Source: Octopus sinensis
Taxonomy: Eukaryota
Length of the DNA: 64,000 nucleotides
Reading direction: 5' to 3'
Assembly: GCF_006345805.1 (NCBI RefSeq)
Contig: NC_042998.1
Span: 17,670,001 to 17,734,000 of the forward strand
In this document: positions 12,024 to 24,402 of the stretch, one piece after another
Layout: each line of letters begins with the position of its first letter
Numbering within the stretch: the stretch's first letter is position 1
Notes under the pieces: model-generated
Database searches by the model: none
Seen by the model: only the letters and a program-made list of their open reading frames with translations
Told to the model about the DNA's origin: nothing
Translations under genes and position numbers: made by a program

Positions 12024-12409
12024 TAAGGGCAGCGAGCTAGCCACAGTGTTAGTGAGTCTGAGAAAATACTTAACGACGAAAGACAATCCTTCCGGTTCTT
12101 TATACTCTGACTTCAAATTTCACTGAGATCAACTTGGATAAATTCAAGTATCTGTGAAGTAAAGGGTCGATTAAGACCTTCCTTCAAATTTGCTCGCCTA
12201 TTTCTAAAACTTGAAACTATTATTGTTGTTGTTGAACGCAGCAACGTCTCTAGTGTGTGTAACAAAGTGCAAGCTGTCAATAACGAGTGAGCTAAGTAAT
12301 ACATTTCACTCAGGTTTTCAGGCACTGCAGAGGATTCGTGCAATTCGAAATAGCATTGAAGATGCTCTATTTTCTTATTTATTACTGACGTTTCAATACG
12401 TTTTATTAC

Positions 12410-12532
12410 TTATTGTTCCAAATGCTCCAACAAGACCAGAAGAAGCAGCATCACAGATGGTAGCAATAACGCCAAAAATAGCAACGCTTTCTCCGTTGGT
12501 ATAGTCTCCATAAGGGGACTCTGCAGTATCTC
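12410..12532 (-). CDS. Candidate exon A of a divergent iGluR/ANF-receptor-type (LIVBP) amino-terminal domain gene
   Basis: Acceptor ttctaattttgccatttcatttcctaag with an in-frame TAA just upstream; donor A|gtaata; 123 nt, phase 1-1. Peptide GDTAESPYGDYTNGESVAIFGVIATICDAASSGLVGAFGTI. ICDAASSGLVGAFG has the spacing of the kainate-receptor ATD motif ACDQLSLGVAAIFG (recalled). Confidence 0.5.
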   Translation of the reverse strand, partial: EILQSPLMETIPTEKALLFLALLLPSVMLLLLVLLEHLEQ

Positions 12533-12853
12533 CTTAGGAAATGAAATGGCAAAATTAGAAGTCACCTTTCTATCTAAGACAATTAAGCTTCGCTTACCGA
12601 ATCTATAACTTAAGTTTTAGAATTTAGAAAATTTAGAGAAAAAAAAACCTTCTTATATTATAATTGCCTTGTGGCAACCAGGAACTGCACAGGCAGAAAT
12701 GGCTCAATGCCACGCATGGCAAATATTGAATATATATTAGTCTTCTTTTAGACTGAGTCCTTAGCAGTTCAATAATCAGCAGTCGTCAAACGGAGCGATG
12801 ACTTCAGTCTCTTCCCCGATGTTCCCAGCAGAGCTTGATCTCTGGTGGTTAGT

Positions 12854-12942
<89 letters not shown>

Positions 12943-13039
12943 TTGGAAGGGAGCCAAATAATACAAGGAAACTGGGCTCGGGGTCACACTGGAGTTCGTT
13001 CTTCATGTTTTCCGTGAGTATATTGGAAGCATTCTATAC

Positions 13040-13290
13040 TGAATCTCCTTGTCTAATGGTACTGAAATAACAGTGAGAGTAATTTTAGTGGGAGGTAACT
13101 GAGTTGCTACGTCGTCTGTGGAACAAACGACCATCTCATGGAATCCTTTCTAAGCAACTAGGAAAAGACAGGGAAAAGAAAGGTCCCGATTGTACGGCAG
13201 CAACCACAACAGAGGGCCACAAAAACAGAAGTATGCTCAGTAACAGCAAGGGGAATTGTAGATACTACAAGAGCATTTAAAGATGTATAA
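13040..13290 (-). CDS. Possible 5' coding region (signal-peptide-like) of the ATD gene; not cleanly joinable
   Basis: After ctcttgtag the frame reads YLQFPLLLLSILLFLWPSVVVAAVQ (signal-peptide-like; ATG CTC TTG TAG lies in frame just before it). A second frame reads DDVATQLPPTKITLTVI, similar to RTLLPNTTLTYD of the ATD. No phase-compatible donor to exon A was found. Confidence 0.25.
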
Positions 13291-14546
13291 ACCGTTTTAT
13301 CCATTATGTTGTTATTGCATGTCATCCTGTTTTCTGACACTTTACACAATTAACATAATGGGTTCTTCATGCACGAAATCAGATCATTTCCACCGCAAAA
13401 CTCTTTTAGAGTCATTGCAGTCTCACGTTACCTCAGTTGCCAAAGACATGTACCTCTAATTTATTTTTATTATAAAACGGTAAAGTATTTAAAGTATACA
13501 AAATTATACGTTTTATGGCAGATTTGTGACGATACTCAAGAGCAGCGAATACGATTAAACTTTTACATAGTCGTGCTAACATTAGAATATATATGCAGTC
13601 GCTCTATCTGCTATGAATAGGAAGCAAATCTTCAAATCGCACACTAACGGAATGTAAAAGTGAAGCCATCGGTTAATATATGTATTTTTGGAGCTTTTAA
13701 TGAAATATGATATTCTACTTCCAGCGCAATGTTGTCACAGGGACTAACAACTTTAAACAAATTGCAAAGATTTATTAAATAAAAAATAAAGACAAATTAA
13801 TAATTCATTTTTTTTTCATTTACATTATTGTGGCTTGGATGCTGTCCGCATTACGTCAGTGATACACGGCATATTATTGCAAAATTTCTCAGAATAATGA
13901 AGGTTTAACATTTAAGATTCATATTAGCTAAGATTCTGGTCGTTAATTCACATGCTTCTGAGGCCGAGAATATAACAAAAAGTTAGCATATAATTTTCCC
14001 TTTCTGTATTGGTGCCAATCCTTTGTAAGAGTACTAACATCAATCATATTCTTATTTTACATCAGATAAAAGCTGGCCGAGCAGAATTATGATTATATAT
14101 TTTCGCTAATAACCAAGGAGTATGTAATGCAATCGAGGAGGATTCAGTGTGGCATTTGCCAATTTTCTAACATGTGAACCTTACACGTAGTTTATAACTT
14201 GCCTTTCATAATGATTGATATTTGTCAGTAGTGATTATCATGTATGTTATGAAACTAAAACGAGCGTGATATTTTATCGTAAAAAAATAAATTTTGCAAC
14301 CACTGACAGTAGAGTCGCATTTGAGTTATCATGGCGTCTATATCTGATAATTATGAAGATGGTTCAAAATTAAGAATGGGGAGAAGAGAAGATCTGGTAA
14401 CAGGTGGGTGGACATAAGTAGCCACATGGAATAGAATATAAATGTGTAATACAAATGCTATGCTATTTGTGTTCACTACATACGTTGTTTTAAAGAAATG
14501 GCAACTTATTATGTCTGCTTTTCGATAAGCTTTTTACTGAAAACTT

Positions 14547-14549
14547 TCT

Positions 14550-14594
<45 letters not shown>

Positions 14595-14903
14595 AACCAC
14601 CACCACCACCACCACCACTACTACTATACTACTACTACTACTACAACTACTACTACTATTACTACTACAAATAATAATAATGATAATAACAATACTACTA
14701 ATACTATAATAGACATTTGTAATTCTGTTGTTGCCGAAGGTAATGCTCTTATTGTTGCTGCCTTTTAAATATTTTTCAAGTCAAAAATTAAGCTGTAAAA
14801 TAATTAGTAGCAGTATTATAAGGAAGCGCCATTATCGATAGAACTATTTATATTACTAATATTAATATTTCTATTAACAGTACTAGTATACAGAATAATG
14901 TTG

Positions 14904-14961
<58 letters not shown>

Positions 14962-15137
14962 CACCACTAACACTAACAGTACTACTACTACTACTATTAC
15001 TACGACTACTACCACTACTACTATAGATAATGATGATGATAATAATAATAAGACAGAATTATAAAATGAAATAAAATTAGTAGTAGTAATGATAATAGTA
15101 GTAGTACTCATAATACTATCATTATTATTATTATAAC

Positions 15138-15178
<41 letters not shown>

Positions 15179-15190
15179 TATTATTATTAC

Positions 15191-15247
<57 letters not shown>

Positions 15248-15300
15248 TATTATTATTATTACTATTATTATTATTATTATTATCATTATTATTATTAAAT
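14547..15300. repeat. (ACT)n/(ACC)n/(ATT)n microsatellite cluster
   Basis: Direct reading. Confidence 0.9.
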
Positions 15301-15559
15301 TCATCATCGTAATCATTATTTTATTAAATTATATTATTGTTGTTAATGCGTTTTATTTTTATAATTTTCTTTCACATTTTAGCTGTTATGAATTCTTTTA
15401 TCTTTCCGTGTGATTTATTTATATTTGCACGAATTCCAATCTCTTTTAACTCAATTAACTTTTCAACTTTCCACTCACACACAGACATGCACATACATAC
15501 ACACGCACATACACACACGCACGCAGACACACACAAACGAATATAACCGCACATACATG

Positions 15560-15656
15560 AATATATGTTTGTGTACATACATATGTATATAAATATATAT
15601 ATGTGTGAGTGTACATAAATATTATATGAACATATCTTCATATTACTAAATCTATG

Positions 15657-15696
<40 letters not shown>

Positions 15697-15745
15697 TACA
15701 TATATATATTATATCTATATATACTTATATATGTATGTATGTATA

Positions 15746-15789
<44 letters not shown>

Positions 15790-15907
15790 CCCAAATACAT
15801 ATGTGCAAGTGTGACTTTGGTCTATATCTGAATACATTTATAAATGAGTATGAACGATATATATTTATAAATATGCATAGTCTTATATATATACAGACAC
15901 ACACATG

Positions 15908-16000
<93 letters not shown>

Positions 16001-16100
16001 CATGCATACATACATACATGCATACATACATACAGATATGTCTGTGTCTCTGTGTCTGTCTGTGTCTGTGTATATGAATATGTATGTATATGAAACAGGA
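15560..16100. repeat. (TA)n/(TACA)n microsatellite field
   Basis: Direct reading; explains ORFs at 15372-16211. Confidence 0.9.
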
Positions 16101-17334
16101 ACTTCCTTGTTGCAAATCTTCCATTCATATTTTTATTGGAGTTTATATCTTTTTACTGTACATATACTTTTGTTTTATATTTTTGTCTCTCCTTTATTTT
16201 ATTTCTGCTGATTTGTTTTCTTTACGGCATATCATTTAATAACTTCTTTTTTTGATTATTGGTTTGTCTTTGATGGTCCTCAACTATGGTACCCTGATAT
16301 AATCACATTGTCTAATTGAATCTTCCTATCTTTCGGCACTCAGCTTTATTTATATGGTATTTTATTATTTATACTGTATCTTTTTCATGAGTTCTACCCG
16401 TTTTTGTTCACTGTTTTTCTTCTTTCCCACAAGTACTTTGAATGGAGTGTTTCTTTTATTTCAGTGGCTTGAAAAAGAAATAAAAGCACAGAAAATTCCA
16501 TGACGATAACTAAAGTCTCCTTAACTTTTTTTTATTTCTTAATGTATAAACTTTTTTGTTTTCGAATTCTGGAAATTTCTTTTTGTGTTTTCTCAGTTGG
16601 CGTTGTTGCAGCACAATCTATACTTTGGGTGCAATTATCTTGTGTCTCATTTCGTATGAATAGTTATTTTTTATTTACATCTCTTTTCATAATAGCCAAA
16701 AAATATTTAGAAAATCATTGATTACATTTATCCTGCATTTAAGACATTAAAAAAAAAATTCTGCAATCTTATAGGAAACGTTTGCAACAAAACCACTTAG
16801 CATACACGCAAAGCTACACTTACATACACGAATATAAAATATATGTGTATGTAAAATTGTGGTGACGTTTGGACGACAACTGATGGGTAGAACACAATTG
16901 TGTTGTTTTCTTACTGTCTTTTTCGTATATTTCTTTGTGAACACTCCTACCTATTTTTCCATATGAATGGGTGAGAGGGTGTCGGTGTTGGTATTTGTCG
17001 TTGTAGGTGTGTGGGTGTGGGTTTGGGTGTGTACATGTGTCTGCATGTATGTGCGTGTGTGTGCATGTACTAACTTAAAAACCCATATTTCATGTAAATT
17101 TTGGAAATTAAAACCCATAAACCCATCATTGCTAAAAAAACAAATCTGGGTGGAAAACCCCTCAGTGGCATCCCTGTAGTCTATATATTTAGGCTATACG
17201 CACAAGCACACACACACATATACACATATTTATACATACATACCTACATATATACACATACAAGCATATATATATATATATATATTATATATATAACGTT
17301 TAGATAAAATTTAAATATGTCGACCAAAGAATGC

Positions 17335-18600
17335 TCCAGGCCTTATCTAACTTCATAGCACCAACTGATAGGATTATCTAAATCCTTTTAAAGTCAAGTT
17401 TTGTGGTATCATGGTCTGTTCGAGTAGGAAGCTCTTGTTGAGTGATTATAGGTGGTTTGTCTGATATTCCTTGAAGAAATTTGTCCAGATTCCGTTTAAA
17501 GGTGTTGGGATCCTTTTTCTCTTTGATCAATTTTGGGACAATGTTAAATAGGGCAGGGCCTGCTAAGAAAAAGATATGGTGTTGCAGTGTATTTATATGT
17601 TGTGATCCTGAATTGGGTAGTATACGTATGCATCGTGGTCCTAGCCTTGGATGAATTTTGAAGCTAATGTTGAGGTCGTCTGGGTAATGTTGGTGGTATA
17701 TTCTCCACATCGTATCACTCGAGGCGGCGCTGGAGAGAGTAGAGTTTCAATGCTTTAAGGCGGTCCCAGAAATCGAGATCAGTTAATTTGTTTAGGGAAT
17801 GCCTTCTTGGAGGATTCAGTTTTCGAGGTGCATTGTTTTGTATTGGGAGACCACAGGGAGAAGCAGTATTTGAGTGTGGCCGTACAAAGGAGGAGAAAAT
17901 TTGGAATGCTGACACCTTGTTCTCTGGACCTGAATGTTCTTAGAATCCAGGAGTTCATCCCATGAGGTATATCTACCTTATTGTTGATGTGGACACTCCA
18001 ACTGAGACTGTTATCAACAATTACTCCTAGGTCCCTGATATTATTAGATGCTGTGAGACGTTTCCCTAAAGTAAGAGAGTAAGTTTGTAGCATAATCTTT
18101 TTTCCAAAATGCTTCAGCTCAAATCTTCCCTTGGTTAATTAAATTTTATTTTTGTCTGCCCATTGACTCACCACATGTAGATCAAACTGGAGTTGAGTTC
18201 GGTATTCTTCTTCATTGATGATTTTCTGAAGCTTATGGTCATCAGCAAATATTTTCCCTTTGCTGTGTTTTACGACGTTGGAAAGGTCGTTTATATAGAT
18301 TATAAAGAGGAGCGGGCTCAAAACAGTCCCCTGAGGAACACCACTAGTGAATTTTGCTGGGCTTGAGTGAACTTGAGTGAACTCCATCGATCACAACATA
18401 TTGTGTTTTGTTCGCAAGAAAATACTCAATCTAGTGTAGATGTTTTAAACGGATTCCAACATTTTCTAATTTTGAGAGTAAGATACTATGGTCAACTCTG
18501 TCGAACGCTTTACTGAAGTCAAGATGTATGACAGAGTTCGGACCTAATCCCAAGGCTTTAAATAATTTGAGAGGTACTATTAATACAATATTGCTTATTT
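17335..18600 (-). mobile_element. CR1/L2-group LINE RT region to 3' end, frameshifted
   Basis: HLDFSKAFDRVDH, SGVPQGTVLSPLLFIIYINDL, FADD, IRDLGVIVDNSLSWSVHI, RLKALKLYSLQRR, FKRNLDKFLQGISDKP in successive minus-strand frames. Confidence 0.92.
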
Positions 18601-18674
18601 ATGTAATTATCTCTAATATGATTTTTAAGATATAACTTTTCAAACTTTTTACTCTCTAACACACACACACACAC

Positions 18675-18741
<67 letters not shown>

Positions 18742-18745
<4 letters not shown>

Positions 18746-18950
18746 GGAAAGTTTACGAAAAAAAACAAAAGACGAAGGCAGGTGGAGTACAAACAAGCAA
18801 ATGTATAAGTATAGCGCTCAGGAATAGAAAAAGTCTTTTACGTTTCGAGCCTACGCTCTTCGACAGAAAGATACACAGAAAAAAAAAACTAGGAGAGAAA
18901 CAAGGAGAGAAAAAATGCGTGTAGGAGCTAACGATCTATCATGGCGTCCT
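18742..18950 (-). mobile_element. Penelope-like terminal-repeat element with a minimal hammerhead-like motif (subfamily X)
   Basis: Minus strand tcttt-CTGTCGA-A-GAGC-gtag-GCTC-GAAA-CGT-A-aaaga at 18834-18871; abuts (TA)n. Confidence 0.65.
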
Positions 18951-18966
18951 GACGTCAGACATATAT

Positions 18967-19120
18967 CGACCCTAGTGCTCAACTGGTACTTGATTAATCG
19001 CCTCCTACAGAATAAAAGGCAAAGTCGCCCTCGGCAAAATTTAACTGAGGACATAAAAGTGGAAAAATTGCCTTTAAGCATTTTGCACAGGGTGCTAATA
19101 ATTCTGTCCGATCGGCGTCT
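18967..19120 (-). mobile_element. Degenerate SINE family C copy
   Basis: actggtactt...aaaggcaaagtcgccctcggc matches the reverse complement of the 40779 copy. Confidence 0.7.
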
Positions 19121-19670
19121 CACTATGATTTCGAATATATCTATACACTAAAGCCATTCAATATTATCTATGTTGAAATGTATATTTGTTTTCATTTAAA
19201 GTAAAAGTTTCGTTGAGTAGAAATACATCAACATTTGAAATATTAATTCCTTCCTTCCTCAATCAAACATCTTGATATCCTTTTTACATTCAAGTCCTGT
19301 AAGAGATCAATTTACGATTTAACTCCAGTTAGAATTAACAAATAAAATTTAATTATTTATTGACTTTTCCTTTTAAATCGATGATGCTGTTAAGAAAAAA
19401 AAAAGAGATCCAATATTCTGGTTACGAATCAAAACTGCAATATATAGAAATGAATAATTAAAAAAAAATTTTTTTTGGGAAGTAGTTTAAGAATGTGTTA
19501 AATATGCAAGTTGGTGTGTCCAGGAGTGGAAAATAGTTAATACGTTTCCAAGCTCTCCCGGATTCGATCCTAATGAACAACAAATATGTACTTACATAAT
19601 ATTGAGTAGTACCATGCTTTGCTCAAAGCATTTGCGTGAAGAGTTATACGCACCATACATAAATAACATA

Positions 19671-19720
<50 letters not shown>

Positions 19721-20422
19721 AGAGCGTGTGTGAGCATTCGTGCGTTTGTATGTGTGTGTGTGTGTATACATATGTAATATATATGCAAATACATATTCGT
19801 GTATAGACATACACACTCGCATACATAACTGTATATTCCCTGTACATTAGATATAGTCAGAATGGATATGATATAATAGATTTCTTGATTTCCTTCAACT
19901 GGGATTTGTAATTGCTAAACAAAACGTGGTAATGAAAAATGTCAGCTGACAGCTATGTTCTGCCAGCATTTATCATTAAATACGTGCTGACAAAATTTGG
20001 TCCGTTTCTGATAAGAAGAGATGTGACAGAAACTAATTATTCATTTTATAATTCAGTACTTACATCTACATCGCTTTCGACTATTCGAATCTTATACATA
20101 AGTATTTACACACGCACACGGACACACACATAAACACATACACACATACACACATACACACTTGTGTGTGTTTGTGCGTTTCATGTATGTATGCAAGAAC
20201 CTTTGAAACATTTCTATAACTGTCACTTTCGCACACACACACACTCATATGTGTATATATATATATATTATATATATATATATATACACATGTGTGTGTG
20301 TGTTATATGTACGCATATGTATACATAAACATACATATATATAGATGTATACATACATATATAAACATATATATATATACAAACATACATATATATATAT
20401 GTGTGTATATATACATACATAT

Positions 20423-20523
<101 letters not shown>

Positions 20524-21646
20524 TATATATATTATATATACATATAATTAAGTTTATACTAGGCTTCAGAGTACGCAGCGAATAGGCAGTTTACTTACCA
20601 TAACTTCACTTATGCTAGTAACCATATCCGTATTCTTTCAGTGTATTACCTCAAGCTTTTGTCTATGTCTTCCTTGGAATTGTTATTTTCAGGATAAAGC
20701 ATTTGTTTCTATTTGTTCAGTTTGCAAATGTTATTTTGGGAACCCTTTCTGAGACAAGTACCAGCGAAGTTTAATATCATAGATTTATCTAAACCCTACG
20801 GGATTTTAACAGTAATATATGCATCATGCTAAACTAATCATATCCTGAATGGATCTCTGTATCTTCATATTTTAGTTCATTTGGTCGTTTGATTTCTTTA
20901 TATTTCCCGCTCAGTGTGACTTATATACTATCCAGATATTTTCTGGCAAATCCGAAGATCCGGTAGATCCAGGACGTTACTTCGTTACTGGAATACGATT
21001 TGGCAATAGCAGTAATTCCTTCAAATCCTTCACCTGCACTTTTCTTATTTTACAGATCTTTCGATATCAGATCGCTGATGTGACTATGATGCTTTTTATT
21101 ACGACTACGCTGGTTTTCAATATAGTGTTTATGGTTATATCCACAATGCATTAGCAGGATAAAACGGCTCAGATACCATATGGTATACGGCCACATATGA
21201 ATGTCATATACTCAGAATATAGTTCAGAAATGTGTATCGTTAACACCAATGACAATCGGCAGCCTCACAGCATCTCCGCTGGCTATGCTTAGGGATACAA
21301 CTTCCTATCTCTCAGGTGAGCCCTAATCTAGCTGGGTCCATATGCATCATCTTGCTCGATATCAGCCTAGCTTTTGCATTTGTCAGTCACGTACACTTTC
21401 AGGATTAGTTCCCGTTTTTTTTTTTTACATAATATCTGTTCCAATGTAGATCAAATCTGCCGTCGAATAAGGGGAATTTCTTCCTGTCAAAACTATTGCT
21501 TCAACCACGCAAACAATAGTGAGGAGAGTGTTATTGGATTACACTTGAAGTGTTATTCTGCACCTGATCTTCACTGCTTGAAAAAACTTATGCCGATAAA
21601 TATATATATAAATATATATACATACATACACACACACACACACACG

Positions 21647-21677
<31 letters not shown>

Positions 21678-21707
21678 ACATATATAATATATATATATAT
21701 ATACACG

Positions 21708-22302
21708 CAGTAATCCCCCGCCATATCGCGATTCACCTATCGCGGTTTGTTCTTTAAGCTTACGACGATTCCTCTGTGGCGTTGATTTGCATTTATAATA
21801 AAATAAATACATACAAATTATAAATCTTTTTAAAAATACATATACAATAGGCGCAGGAGTGGCTGTGTTCAGTCCCACTGCGTGGCATCTTGGGCAAGTG
21901 TCTTCTGCTATAGCTTCGGGCCGACCAAAGCCTTGTGAGTGGATTTGGTAGACGGAAACAGAAAGAAGCCTGCCGTATATATGTATATATATATGTGTGT
22001 CTGTGTATGTTTGTGTGTCTGTGTTTGTCCCTCTAGCATTGCTTGACAACCGGTGCTGGTGTGTTTACGTCCCCGTCACTTAGCGGTTCGGCAAAGGAGA
22101 CCGATAGAATAAGTACTGGGCTTACAAAGAATAAGTCCCAGGGTCGATTTGCTCGACCAAATGCGGTGCTCCAGCATGGCCGCAGTCAAATGACTGAAAC
22201 AAGTAAAAGAGTAAAGAGTATAGTAGAGTACTGTTTCTATTTCGCGGATTTTCACTTATCACGTTGGGTTTTGAAAGGTAACACCCACGACAGTCGATAG
22301 AT

Positions 22303-22306
<4 letters not shown>
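21708..22306 (+). mobile_element. Tigger/pogo-like MITE carrying an inserted SINE A
   Basis: Left end cagtaatcccccgccatatcgcg; right end ttcgcggattttcacttatc...gatagattacta (degenerate TIR agtaatc/gattact), ending in TA. Confidence 0.65.
21848..22218 (+). mobile_element. SINE family A copy with a deletion in the tRNA-like head
   Basis: ataggcgcaggagtggctgtg|ttcagtcccactg (the segment between the A and B boxes is missing); tail gtaaaagagtaaagag. Confidence 0.9.
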
Positions 22307-22339
<33 letters not shown>

Positions 22340-22509
22340 TAATCTATCGACTGTCGTGGGTGTTACCTTTCAAAACCCAACGTGATAAGTGAAAATCCGC
22401 GAAATAGAAACAGTACTCTACTATACTCTTTACTCTTTTACTTGTTTCAGTCATTTGACTGCGGCCATGCTGGAGCACCGCATTTGGTCAGCAAATCGAC
22501 CCTGGGACG

Positions 22510-22514
<5 letters not shown>
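22127..22514. repeat. Near-perfect long inverted repeat (~180 bp arms, (TA)n centre)
   Basis: 22339-22514 is the reverse complement of 22127-22305; I see only a 1-bp indel and one substitution near the outer end. Confidence 0.95.
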
Positions 22515-22556
<42 letters not shown>

Positions 22557-22591
22557 ATATATATATATATATATAATATATATATATATAT

Positions 22592-22634
<43 letters not shown>

Positions 22635-23568
22635 AGAAAGACAATCATGCGCACATATGTATAGAAACAACAACCAAATCTGAGAGACAAATTACGACCA
22701 ATAAAGTGAAAATATGACTGACACATTCTATAAAGTATTTCTAGATACACTATGTCGGAACATAATAATTACTGGATCTGTAAGCTATTTATATATTTGC
22801 TATTGTTATTGTTAGTAAGTAAATCACAAATATAAATGTCTCAACTAAATAATTTACAATATAATGAAATACAGAGAATTAAATACTATCTTTATAACTT
22901 CCTATTTACCTATGAAATATTTGAATTATTTCATTTAAGATGGCAGACGTTTAGATGGTATGAAATTTAATTAAAAATTATTCAATAATATTAGCAGTCT
23001 TTTAAAGTGATAAATATTTTGGAATCACGTTCTTCGTGTCTATATTAGAAATTAGTTTTTAGAATTCTATAGAAATTGTTCAAGTTTTAAAGTTACTTGG
23101 TATGTGCTTTGGAGATCAACGTATAATAGTTATTAGCACTGTCAAGTTAACAAAGATTTTCTCTGGGCAATTGCTTTTGTCGTTCCATTAGCAATAATAC
23201 ATGGCAATTACACTATTTACTTCCACCACATAGCAAAATACGTAGTTTTCTCCAAAGCAAAATTATTAACTCGTTCTTAGTCGTCCACCCTACAAGAAAT
23301 AACGGTCGGAACGTATAAAAATGCATACTACCATTTACGAAAACAAAGGATATTTCCCCTAATGATGTCAGACATACCAAATCTTTAAATAAAAGATTTG
23401 TTTATATGGGTTGCATGCCTATGGCCATAACTTCCATGTGTGATTTGGGAGCAATTAAGACACGCATCTCTGTTCTCAACTGACGTGATTCTAGAATCTT
23501 TCAAGATATATGCAATGTAATATATTTTTTCATGAAAATCTCGATAATTGTACAGTAACAATATATAT

Positions 23569-23623
<55 letters not shown>

Positions 23624-23895
23624 GGGGTAGGGTATGTATGCACACGCGCTGATTCAGTATCACTTCTTTGTTGTTTGTCAATTAGTTAAATATTTAACCA
23701 GGCAAAGGACTTTGACGAAAGGATTTTGACAAATTACCGAATAATTTTTTAACCATTAAAGTATACAAACGATCTATTCATTAGTTGGTTACATATTTAA
23801 CCACTTGATTAACGATAAAGAAATTATATCAACCCTGGGCATCTGTTTATTATCATTGGTGTGATGACCCGTGTCTCAGGTGGGTCATCCCGCCA

Positions 23896-23937
<42 letters not shown>

Positions 23938-23944
23938 TCAAAAT

Positions 23945-24110
23945 GTGACCGTTGCCGATTTTTTTCCTTTGTCTTCCCTTCTCTGGATCTTTCCTTCTCT
24001 TATGTTTCCGACGAAGAGCTCCGCTCGAAACGTTAATACAATATTTGTTCCACGTCCTCGCGTTGTTGTGTTTTCTCTTTGTGTTTTCATGTTTGGATTA
24101 ACTATATATA
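23945..24110 (+). mobile_element. Penelope-like terminal-repeat element with a hammerhead-like motif (subfamily Y)
   Basis: gttt-CCGACGA-A-GAGC-tcc-GCTC-GAAA-CGT-T at 24004-24034; (TA)n on both sides; homologous to 53885-54095. Confidence 0.65.
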
Positions 24111-24113
24111 TAC

Positions 24114-24183
<70 letters not shown>

Positions 24184-24283
24184 ATATACATATACATATA
24201 TGTATGCATCTATCTATATATTTGATATTATTCATATATATAAATAATAATAATAATAATAATAATAATATAATAATAATATC

Positions 24284-24319
<36 letters not shown>

Positions 24320-24338
24320 TAATAATAATAATAATAAT

Positions 24339-24400
<62 letters not shown>

Positions 24401-24402
<2 letters not shown>

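Noticed and set aside
12113-12504. ORFs 12113..12343 (-) and 12211..12504 (+)
   Set aside because: No motif; the plus-strand ORF is partly antisense to candidate exon A.
20880-21440. Moderately GC-rich stretch with an acceptor-like site
   Set aside because: All frames stop quickly and there is no motif; probably an old TE relic, but I cannot classify it.
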